Of a DNA stretch of 64,000 nt, positions 57,175 to 64,000 are shown piece by piece. The notes beneath the pieces are model-generated. The model had not been told where the DNA came from. It saw nothing but the letters and a program-made list of their open reading frames with translations, and did no database searches. Each line of letters begins with the position of its first letter. Position 1 is the first letter of the stretch. Source of the stretch: Candidatus Omnitrophota bacterium. GTDB taxonomy: Bacteria; Omnitrophota; Gorgyraeia; Gygaellales; Profunditerraquicolaceae. The DNA is taken from positions 21,885 through 85,884 of the forward strand of contig JAQURC010000004.1 in NCBI GenBank assembly GCA_028715785.1, in the 5' to 3' direction. The position numbers were made by a program, and so were the translations under genes.

Positions 57175-57681
57175 ATAAAAAAGTTTATTCGGATTAACGA
57201 CAGGATCAGTTCCCCGCAGGTCAGGGTCATCGGCCATGACGGGGGCCAATTAGGAGTGATGTCTGTGCAAAGGGCAATAGAGATTGCCAATCAACACGAT
57301 CTGGATTTAGTCGAGGTCGCCCCGGCGGCTACCCCGCCGGTTTGCCGGATCATTGAATTCAGTAAATTTAAATATGACCTTGAGAAGAAGGAACGTGAAT
57401 CAAAGAAGCATCAAAAACAGGGGCGTTTAAAAGAAATCCGGCTTAAGCCCAATATCGATGAGCATGATTTCGAAACCAAGGTTAAGCAGGTGGTAAGTTT
57501 TTTGAAGAAAAAAGATAAAGTCAGGGTCAACCTTTTTTTCCGCGGCAGGCAGATGGAGCATGTGGATCTGGGAAGAAAGGTTTTAGATAAATTTATCGCC
57601 GTAACACAGAGCGATGGGCAGGTAGAGAAGGCGCCGTCATTAGAAGGCAGAATTATGTCTTTTGTGATTGCCCCGAAATAA
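57175..57681 (+). CDS. infC: Translation initiation factor IF-3, probably initiated at a non-AUG codon (ATA/ATT-type).
   Basis: The in-frame upstream translation IKKFIRINDRISSPQVRVIGHDGGQLGVMS is conserved IF-3 N-domain, so the real start lies upstream of the first ATG at 57256. SD GGGAGG is at 57164-57169 and ATA at 57175. The exact start codon is uncertain. Confidence 0.75.
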   Translation: MKKFIRINDRISSPQVRVIGHDGGQLGVMSVQRAIEIANQHDLDLVEVAPAATPPVCRIIEFSKFKYDLEKKERESKKHQKQGRLKEIRLKPNIDEHDFETKVKQVVSFLKKKDKVRVNLFFRGRQMEHVDLGRKVLDKFIAVTQSDGQVEKAPSLEGRIMSFVIAPK

Positions 57682-57701
57682 GGTATAATAAGGAGATCAA
57701 T

Positions 57702-57902
57702 ATGGGTAAATTAAAAACAAAAAGAGGGGTGGCTAAACGCTTTAAACTTAGCAAGAGAGGCAAGGTTAGATATTCAGCCGGTGGTAAAAGCCACCTGGCT
57801 TCATCTAAAAAAACAAAGAAGATAAGGAACTTAAAGAGGCGCAGGACGCTTAGCGGTAAAAAAGAGGTAAGGTTTATTAAGTCCATGTTACCTTATGGAT
57901 AG
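57702..57902 (+). CDS. rpmI: 50S ribosomal protein L35.
   Basis: MGKLKTKRGVAKRFKLSKRGKVRYSAGGKSHL. 66 aa. Confidence 0.9.
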   Translation: MGKLKTKRGVAKRFKLSKRGKVRYSAGGKSHLASSKKTKKIRNLKRRRTLSGKKEVRFIKSMLPYG

Positions 57903-57907
57903 ATTCT

Positions 57908-57953
57908 AACACCCCGCGCTTATAAGGAGTTGCGCGGGTGTGCCCTTGTGGGC
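57908..57953. repeat. GC-rich hairpin repeat family R2, copy b, between rpmI and the rplT SD.
   Basis: AACACCCCGCGCTTATAAGGAGTTGCGCGGGTGTGCCCTTGTGGGC. It ends 2 nt before the AGGAGA SD of rplT. Confidence 0.8.
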
Positions 57954-57965
57954 TAGGAGAAAATA

Positions 57966-58313
57966 ATGGCAAAGGCTAAACATAGTGTAGCAACGCGTAA
58001 AAGGAAAAAGAGAGTTTTAAAGCAGGCTAAAGGATTCTGGGGGGACCGCAGCAAGCAATATCAACAGGCAGAAAGAGTCCTGATGCATGCGCTTAAATAT
58101 GCTTATCGGGACCGCCGGAATAAAAAACGGGAAATCCGCAGCCTCTGGATTGTACGGATTAACGCGGCTTGCCGGGAGGCAGGGATTACTTACAGCGCAT
58201 TTATGAGCGGGCTAAAGAAATCCAAAATCAACCTGGATCGCAAGATCCTGGCGGATTTAGCGGTAAGGGACAACCATGCTTTTAAAAAGCTGGTGGATAT
58301 AGTTAAGAAATAA
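57966..58313 (+). CDS. rplT: 50S ribosomal protein L20.
   Basis: [26 protein letters not shown]. 115 aa. Confidence 0.9.
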   Translation: MAKAKHSVATRKRKKRVLKQAKGFWGDRSKQYQQAERVLMHALKYAYRDRRNKKREIRSLWIVRINAACREAGITYSAFMSGLKKSKINLDRKILADLAVRDNHAFKKLVDIVKK

Positions 58314-58318
58314 AGATA

Positions 58319-58357
58319 CCCGGCGCTAATGTAGAATTGCGCCGGTGCGTGTTTGTA
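58319..58357 (+). terminator. Rho-independent terminator after rplT.
   Basis: CCCGGCGC-UAAUGUAGAAUU-GCGCCGG(UG) followed by the U-rich CGUGUUUGU. Confidence 0.55.
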
Positions 58358-58371
58358 CACGAGAGGTTATT

Positions 58372-59025
58372 ATGCATGTAATTATTGTGGGTTGCGGCAG
58401 GGTAGGCTCAGAGCTGGCTAAGCTTTTGTCCGGGGAAGGCCACGATGTAGTGGTTATCGATAAATCCCGCGAATCCTTTAACCGCCTCGGAGATACTTTT
58501 AACGGTCTGACCATGGTCGGCAACGGTTTTGACCTGGCCCTTTTAAGGCAGGTGGGAATTGAGAAGGCGGATGCTTTTTGCGCGGTAGCCAACGGAGATA
58601 ATACTAATTTAATCAGCGCCCAGGTGGCTAAAAAGATCTTCCGCGTGCCCAAGGTTTTTGCCCGTATTTATGACCCGCAGCGCGCGCATATTTACGCGGC
58701 GCTCGGTTTGGATATTATCAGCGGAACGATGCTTTTTTCCGCCATGCTTCGGGACAAGATCATTGAAAGCAGGTTTTCCAGTTATTTAATCGAATCCAAG
58801 GATTTAGGGGTCATTGAAATCGAGGTAAAGGACAGCTTGGTGGGTAAAACTATCCAAGATATAAATATTCCGGGGGATTTTATTGTGGTTGCCCTGCGCA
58901 GGATGCAGGGGGTTATTATCCCTGAACCAAAAACCGTCTTAAAAGATAAGGATATCTTAATGGGGGTAGTCAAGGTCGCCAGCCTTAAAGAAGTCCGGGA
59001 AAAGTTTCAACTAAAGGGAAAATAG
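58372..59025 (+). CDS. trkA: K+ transport system NAD-binding subunit (TrkA/KtrA-like), copy 1.
   Basis: Rossmann GCGRVGSELAKLL and a C-terminal TrkA-C domain. The start is chosen at MHVIIVG (58372), downstream of the terminator. Confidence 0.8.
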   Translation: MHVIIVGCGRVGSELAKLLSGEGHDVVVIDKSRESFNRLGDTFNGLTMVGNGFDLALLRQVGIEKADAFCAVANGDNTNLISAQVAKKIFRVPKVFARIYDPQRAHIYAALGLDIISGTMLFSAMLRDKIIESRFSSYLIESKDLGVIEIEVKDSLVGKTIQDINIPGDFIVVALRRMQGVIIPEPKTVLKDKDILMGVVKVASLKEVREKFQLKGK

Positions 59026-59027
59026 CC

Positions 59028-59690
59028 ATGTATATTTTGATCGTCGGGGCAGGTAAAGTGGGTTATTTTTTGGCAAAGCGGCTATATCAGAGCAAACACA
59101 CGGTCAGCATTATCGACAAAGACCGCCAGATCTGCGAAGAGATCGCCAAAGAGCTTGAGATCCTGGTGGTTAACGGCGACGGATGCGATCCAAAAATACT
59201 CGAAGAAGCAGGCGTGCAACGCGCCGATGTGGTGGCCGCGGTGACCGGTGACGATGAGGACAATCTGGTTATCTGCCAGTTAGCCAAAGAAAAGTTTAAC
59301 CTGCAGCGCACAGTCGGCCGGGTGAATAATCCCGATAATGAACATACTTTTAGCGAGTTAGGCATTGATGTGCCGGTTGACTCAACCAAAATTATTGCCA
59401 AGATTATCGAAGAAGAAGTTTCCTTCTCTGATTTTGTAAATTTGATGAGTTTTAAACGCGGCAAGCTGGCGATTGTGCGCGTTGATCTTCCCAGCGACGC
59501 CCCGGTTATTAATAAGCAGCTAAAAGATATTAATTTACCCAAGGATGCGGTATTGGTTTCTATTGTCAGGGGGGAAGAGGTGATCCTGCCAAAAGGAGAC
59601 ACCGTGCTTAAAGCCGGGGATGATGTTATCGCTCTTACTTTAATCGGCAATGAGCCGCAGCTTTTGAGCCTTTTAGCCGGGAAGCTTTAA
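59028..59690 (+). CDS. trkA: K+ transport system NAD-binding subunit (TrkA/KtrA-like), copy 2.
   Basis: GAGKVGYFLAKRL and a TrkA-C domain. 220 aa. Confidence 0.8.
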   Translation: MYILIVGAGKVGYFLAKRLYQSKHTVSIIDKDRQICEEIAKELEILVVNGDGCDPKILEEAGVQRADVVAAVTGDDEDNLVICQLAKEKFNLQRTVGRVNNPDNEHTFSELGIDVPVDSTKIIAKIIEEEVSFSDFVNLMSFKRGKLAIVRVDLPSDAPVINKQLKDINLPKDAVLVSIVRGEEVILPKGDTVLKAGDDVIALTLIGNEPQLLSLLAGKL

Positions 59691-59807
59691 AATAATGAGA
59701 TTTAAACCCGCCTTAAATATTATATTCGGCATCACCACGGAAATTTTATACTCCCTGCTTATAATCCTAACCGCCTTTTTATTTTGTTGGATATCTCTTA
59801 TTAAGCT

Positions 59808-61310
59808 ATGATTCTTAAACCCCGTCTGGAAGATTTAAAGATTATCGGTTTTTATCTGGGCAAAATCATTTTAGGCCTGGCCCTAACCATGTTTATTCCG
59901 ATTTTTATCGGATTATCTTTTGGGGAGATAAACCCGATTTTAGATTTTGCCGTTGCTCTTGAGATTGCCGTTATCATCGGCCTGCTGTTTAGCAAGTTCT
60001 GCCGCACGGATAAGGATTTGAATTGGATGCAGGGGATGATTGTGGTCAGCCTTTCCTGGATTGCCGCTATGGTTTTAAGCGCGGTCCCCCTCTATCTCAG
60101 CGGACATTATAAATCATTTCTGGACGCCTGCTTTGAGACCATGTCCGGTTTTACTACGACCGGCCTAAGCTTGGTCCAAGACCTAGACCACCTTTCTTAC
60201 GCGCACAATCTTTGGAGGCACCTGGGGCCGTTTATCGGAGGCCAGGGGATTGCCATTATTGCCCTTTCGTTTTTACTTAAAGGCACCAGCGGCGCCTTTA
60301 AAATGTATGTAGGCGAAGGCCGGGATGAGCGGTTACTCCCCAATGTTGTGCATACTGCTCAGTTTATCTGGTTAATCAGCATAATCTATTTGATTATTGG
60401 CACCCTTGCCCTGGGTATAGCCGGCATCAGCATCGGGCTAAAACCGGTAAATTCATTTTTCCACGGCGCCTGTATTTTTATGGCGGGTTTTGATACCGCC
60501 GGTTTTGCCCCGCAATCCCAGAATATACTTTATTACCACAGTTTAATCTTTGAGATAATCACTATCGTCATAATGATTATCGGTTCGCTAAACTTCAATT
60601 TCCATTATCAATTGTGGATGGGCAATCGTAAAGAAACATTCAAGAATATCGAAAGCCGGACATTTTTTATCAGCAGTATGTTGACATTTCTTATTGTGGC
60701 CATTGGTTTGAATCAGCTGGGAGTATACCCTCAGGCAATCGTTTTATTCCGTAAAGGATTTTTTCAGCTGATTTCCGCCCATACCACCACCGGCTATATG
60801 ACGGTCTACGCCCAGCAGTTTATTACCGATTGGGGGAACCTGGCTTTATTCGGTTTGATCTGCGCCATGGCTTTGGGAGGCTGTATTTGTTCTACTGCCG
60901 GCGGTATAAAAATGTTACGCGTAGGAGTTATCTGTAAAGCCCTGAAAGAAGACTTAAAAAGGATTATTATGCCCGAGAAAGCAATTATTATTGAAAAGTT
61001 TCATCATATAAAAGAGATATTTTTGGAGGACAAAATTGTCAGGAGCGCCTTGACCATCACTTTGGCTTATATCGTTTTGTATGGTTTAGGAGCGTTGGTG
61101 GGGATGTTTTATGGCCACCCTTTTTTAGAATCGCTTTTTGAGTCTACGTCGGCGGCTGCCAACGTTGGATTATCCTGCGGCATTACCAGCGCCGCTATGC
61201 CCGCGGCGCTAAAAATTACTTATATCATCCAAATGTGGGCAGGCCGTTTGGAATTTATGTCGGTGTTTGCCATAATCGGATTTCTCATGGCGGCAATTAA
61301 GGGAAAATGA
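59808..61310 (+). CDS. trkH: K+ transporter membrane subunit TrkH/KtrB family.
   Basis: Four MPM repeats with selectivity-filter-like glycines (TTTG, TTGY). 500 aa. Confidence 0.8.
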   Translation: MILKPRLEDLKIIGFYLGKIILGLALTMFIPIFIGLSFGEINPILDFAVALEIAVIIGLLFSKFCRTDKDLNWMQGMIVVSLSWIAAMVLSAVPLYLSGHYKSFLDACFETMSGFTTTGLSLVQDLDHLSYAHNLWRHLGPFIGGQGIAIIALSFLLKGTSGAFKMYVGEGRDERLLPNVVHTAQFIWLISIIYLIIGTLALGIAGISIGLKPVNSFFHGACIFMAGFDTAGFAPQSQNILYYHSLIFEIITIVIMIIGSLNFNFHYQLWMGNRKETFKNIESRTFFISSMLTFLIVAIGLNQLGVYPQAIVLFRKGFFQLISAHTTTGYMTVYAQQFITDWGNLALFGLICAMALGGCICSTAGGIKMLRVGVICKALKEDLKRIIMPEKAIIIEKFHHIKEIFLEDKIVRSALTITLAYIVLYGLGALVGMFYGHPFLESLFESTSAAANVGLSCGITSAAMPAALKITYIIQMWAGRLEFMSVFAIIGFLMAAIKGK

Positions 61311-61795
61311 AGAACAACTTCCGGCTATTTTTAATAATCTCGTTTTTTGTTTTACTTCTTGGCCCGCGGGCCGCTTTTTCCCATGGTTTAAGCAGTAATG
61401 AGCTGCTTAAAAATGCCAAGCAGTATGATGGAAAGCCAATTACCTATTCCGGGGAAGCAATCGGGGATGTAATGTCCCGCGGCGAATTTGCCTGGGTAAA
61501 TCTAAATGACGGCGAGAATGCCATTGGCGCCTGGGTAAACGGGATTTTAGCCAAAGAAATAAATTTTACGGGAACCTACAGGTCCCGAGGGGATATTTTG
61601 GAGATAACCGGCATATTCCACCGCGCCTGCCTGGAGCACGGCGGAGACCTGGATATTCACGTCCAAACATTACGCAAGATTTCCAGCGGTAATATTATTA
61701 ACCATAAATTGGATTTTCTTAAAGTGAAATTAGCCCTTATTTTATTCGGGGCGCTATTTTTAATATGGATATTAACCTTATTCAAACGCAAATAG
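61307..61795 (+). CDS. Hypothetical exported protein with a C-terminal membrane anchor.
   Basis: Signal peptide MKNNFRLFLIISFFVLLLGPRAAFS and a C-terminal TM LALILFGALFLIWILTLF. 162 aa. It overlaps the pheS start by 31 nt. Confidence 0.45.
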   Translation: MKNNFRLFLIISFFVLLLGPRAAFSHGLSSNELLKNAKQYDGKPITYSGEAIGDVMSRGEFAWVNLNDGENAIGAWVNGILAKEINFTGTYRSRGDILEITGIFHRACLEHGGDLDIHVQTLRKISSGNIINHKLDFLKVKLALILFGALFLIWILTLFKRK

Positions 61796-62778
61796 AAAGC
61801 GATTTATCCGCCGTTACTACCGCAGTTGCCTTAGAAGAGGTGCGGGTCAAATATTTAGGCAGGAAGGGTTTGTTGGCCGAGTTGACCGGCGCGATACCTG
61901 GACTTCCCGTTGAGCAACGCGGGGCCTTTGGCAAAGAAGTCAACGCTTTAAAAAACAAACTCCTAAACCTGATCGCAGAAAAGGAAAAGGTTTTAAAAAA
62001 TAGCGGCAGTGTTTTAAAAAAAGAAAATTTAGACCTGGGGATGCCCGGGATTGCCCAGGAGCTGGGCAGTATCCACCCGATTACCCAGATTATCGATGAA
62101 ATTTGCGCTATATTTACCCGTATGGGTTTTTCGATTGTCCGGGGGCCGGAAATTGAAACCGAATATAATAATTTTACCGGCTTAAACATCCCGCTGGAGC
62201 ATCCTTCGCGCGACGCCTTTGATACTTTTTATCTGAAAAATTATTCCAAGTTCCTCCTGCGCAGCCACACCTCTCCGGTGCAGGTGCGCGCGATGAAGGC
62301 GCATAAACCGCCGTTAGCCATCGTTGTCCCCGGAAGGGTATACCGGCCGGACGCGGTGGACGCCAGCCACCTTTTTATGTTCCATCAGATCGAAGGGTTT
62401 CTGGTCGATGAAAATATAAAGTTCTCCGATTTAAAAGGGATTTTGGAACTTTTTGCAAAGAGCGTTTTTGGGCAGGAGATCAAAATGCGCTTTCGGCCCC
62501 ACTTTTTCCCTTTTACCGAGCCTTCGGCGGAAGTGGATATCTCCTGTATTATCTGTAAGGGCAAGGGGTGCTCTGTCTGCGGCAGAAAAGGGTGGCTGGA
62601 GATCCTGGGAGCCGGTATGATCCATCCGAATGTATTTAAACAGGTGGGCTATAACCCGGAAAAATATACGGGATTTGCTTTTGGCATGGGGGTGGAAAGA
62701 ATCGCCATGTTAAAATACGGCATCAATGATATACGATTATTTTTTGAGAACGATTTAAGATTCTTAAAACAATTTTAA
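61765..62778 (+). CDS. pheS: Phenylalanine--tRNA ligase alpha subunit.
   Basis: Class II motifs, FRPHFFPFTEPSAEVDI and GAGMIHPNV. Confidence 0.9.
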   Translation: MDINLIQTQIESDLSAVTTAVALEEVRVKYLGRKGLLAELTGAIPGLPVEQRGAFGKEVNALKNKLLNLIAEKEKVLKNSGSVLKKENLDLGMPGIAQELGSIHPITQIIDEICAIFTRMGFSIVRGPEIETEYNNFTGLNIPLEHPSRDAFDTFYLKNYSKFLLRSHTSPVQVRAMKAHKPPLAIVVPGRVYRPDAVDASHLFMFHQIEGFLVDENIKFSDLKGILELFAKSVFGQEIKMRFRPHFFPFTEPSAEVDISCIICKGKGCSVCGRKGWLEILGAGMIHPNVFKQVGYNPEKYTGFAFGMGVERIAMLKYGINDIRLFFENDLRFLKQF

Positions 62779-62781
62779 AAG

Positions 62782-64000
62782 ATGAAAGTTACTTACAGCT
62801 GGTTAAAAGATTTTGTGGATTTAAAAATCGCGCCTGTTCAGTTGGCGGAAAAGCTGACTATGGCGGGCTTAGAGGTAGTTTCCCTGGAAGAGGCGGGCAA
62901 AGATTATATCTTTGAAATTGAAATCACCTCAAACCGGCCGGACTGGCTCAGCGTTTTAGGAATTGCCCGTGAGGTTGGGGCGATTTGCGGCTTAAAACTC
63001 AAGACAGTTAATCTTAAAGAGACAAAGATCAAGGTTAAAGACCGCCTGCCGGTAAAAATCTCGGTCAGCGATAAAAAGGACTGCCCGTTTTACAGCGCCA
63101 GAGTAATTTGCGACGTTAAGGTCGGGCCGTCTCCTGACTGGCTTAAGCAAAGATTGGAATCTCTTGGCTGCCGCAGCGTCAATAATATTGTGGATATTAC
63201 CAATTATATTTTATTTGAGACCGGCCAGCCCCTGCATGCCTTTGACCTGGATACCCTCAACCAAAAAGAAATTAATGTGCGCCGGGGGAGAGCCGATGAA
63301 AAAATTATTACTATCGACGGGCAACAAAAAATATTGGATCCGGAAATTTTGGTGATTGCCGATAAAGATAAGCCGGTAGCCATTGCCGGGATTATGGGGG
63401 GTAAAGAAAGCGAAGTAACTTTTAAGACGCGCAATATTTTACTTGAATCCGCGGTATTTAACCCCATCCTGGTGCGCCGGGGTAAACAAAAATTGGGTTT
63501 GCAGTCTGAATCCGCTTATCGCTTTGAAAGAGGGGTGGATTTAGAAACCGCCAAAACCGCTTCTTTGGCCGCGCAGGAACTAATCCTTAAACTAGCATCC
63601 GGAAAGCCCTGCGCCTACAAAAGCGCAGGGGCGCTTAAGCCGTCTAACCGCGTAATTAATCTGGATCTGGTTTATGTAAATAAAATATTGGGCCTGGCTA
63701 TTCCCGCGGTTAAGATCAAACAGATTTTAAGCCGGTTAGGTCTGGGAGTAAAAGCCAAAACAAAAAATATTCTGGCGGTAAAAATCCCCGGTTTTCGCCA
63801 GGACATTAAGTTGCCGATAGACTTGGTTGAGGAGCTGGCCCGGATTTATGGATATGCTAAAATTCCCCAGAGCGTTCCGGCGATAAGGCCCAGCCGGAAT
63901 ATTTCCGATAAAAGCGATTTTACCGGCCTCATAAAAAATATATTAAGCGGTTTGGGGTTGCGCGAAGTAATTACTTACAGCCTGGTTGACCGGGCCCTGC
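62782..64000 (+). CDS. pheT: Phenylalanine--tRNA ligase beta subunit, N-terminal part. The gene continues beyond the right edge of the window.
   Basis: MKVTYSWLKDFVDLKIAPVQLAEKLTMAGLEV is the canonical PheT start and tRNA-binding domain, followed by the B3/B4 domain. It is absent from the ORF track because no stop codon falls inside the window. Confidence 0.85.
   Translation, partial: MKVTYSWLKDFVDLKIAPVQLAEKLTMAGLEVVSLEEAGKDYIFEIEITSNRPDWLSVLGIAREVGAICGLKLKTVNLKETKIKVKDRLPVKISVSDKKDCPFYSARVICDVKVGPSPDWLKQRLESLGCRSVNNIVDITNYILFETGQPLHAFDLDTLNQKEINVRRGRADEKIITIDGQQKILDPEILVIADKDKPVAIAGIMGGKESEVTFKTRNILLESAVFNPILVRRGKQKLGLQSESAYRFERGVDLETAKTASLAAQELILKLASGKPCAYKSAGALKPSNRVINLDLVYVNKILGLAIPAVKIKQILSRLGLGVKAKTKNILAVKIPGFRQDIKLPIDLVEELARIYGYAKIPQSVPAIRPSRNISDKSDFTGLIKNILSGLGLREVITYSLVDRAL

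Overview
This 64 kb window is a gene-dense chromosomal segment (about 45% GC by eye) that spans the replication origin of a diderm bacterium. I support roughly 75 protein-coding genes and 7 tRNAs and found no rRNA, CRISPR array, IS element, transposase or prophage module.

Gene orientation is completely polarised. Every gene from position 1 to dnaA (47535) lies on the minus strand, and every gene from rpmH (47843) onward lies on the plus strand. This places oriC in the dnaA-rpmH intergenic spacer (47536-47842), which carries one consensus DnaA box.

Left arm, read right to left from the origin:
- dnaA, dnaN, a DUF721/DciA-like gene, gyrB, gyrA and tRNA-Glu.
- glmS, rsmI and a pyrimidine biosynthesis cluster (pyrR, pyrB, pyrC, pyrK, pyrD, pyrF). 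The cluster is interrupted by an EndoQ-like PHP nuclease, tRNA-Arg, a stand-alone C-terminal half of carB, fpg and an ICMT-family methyltransferase.
- A V/A-type ATPase operon in the order E, hypothetical, A, B, D, I, K, followed by tRNA-Val and tRNA-Asp.
- A Fur-controlled iron module: fur, a DUF318-type permease, two outer-membrane beta-barrels, feoB split into two genes, a small zinc-ribbon gene and feoA.
- A poorly characterised operon with a CsaA-like tRNA-binding protein, a YkgJ-type Cys-cluster protein, a stand-alone DUF2156 (MprF C-terminal domain-like) protein, a DnaQ-like exonuclease, a PilZ-TM-coiled-coil-(alpha/alpha)-hydrolase-like protein, an endonuclease III-like protein, an M20 peptidase, a PAC2-family protein and a HAD phosphatase.
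- A tightly coupled cassette of lysine 2,3-aminomutase (kamA-like) with two tandem paralogous D-Ala-D-Ala-ligase-family ATP-grasp ligases.
- An N-terminally truncated ychF-like gene, purH and the start of folC.

Right arm: rpmH, yidD, yidC, a Jag N-domain-only gene, parA, parB, ndk, yicC, gmk, rpoZ, coaC, tRNA-Cys, a free-standing LAGLIDADG homing-endonuclease ORF, tRNA-Leu, tRNA-Val, thrS, infC, rpmI, rplT, trkA, trkA, trkH, a secreted hypothetical, pheS and pheT (partial). rnpA is absent from its usual place after rpmH.

Four things stand out as candidates for novelty:
1. The kamA plus two Ddl-like ligase cassette, a candidate pathway for a beta-lysine-derived peptide.
2. Two families of intergenic palindromic repeats. 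One carries a DnaA-box consensus and sits at a fixed distance upstream of the next start codon. The other is a GC-rich hairpin directly upstream of the parB and rplT ribosome-binding sites.
3. The pairing of the DUF2156 protein with a tRNA-binding protein, bracketed by a large nested hairpin.
4. The LAGLIDADG endonuclease gene inserted in a tRNA cluster.

All identifications rest on reading the translated ORFs and nucleotide patterns directly. No database searches were run.
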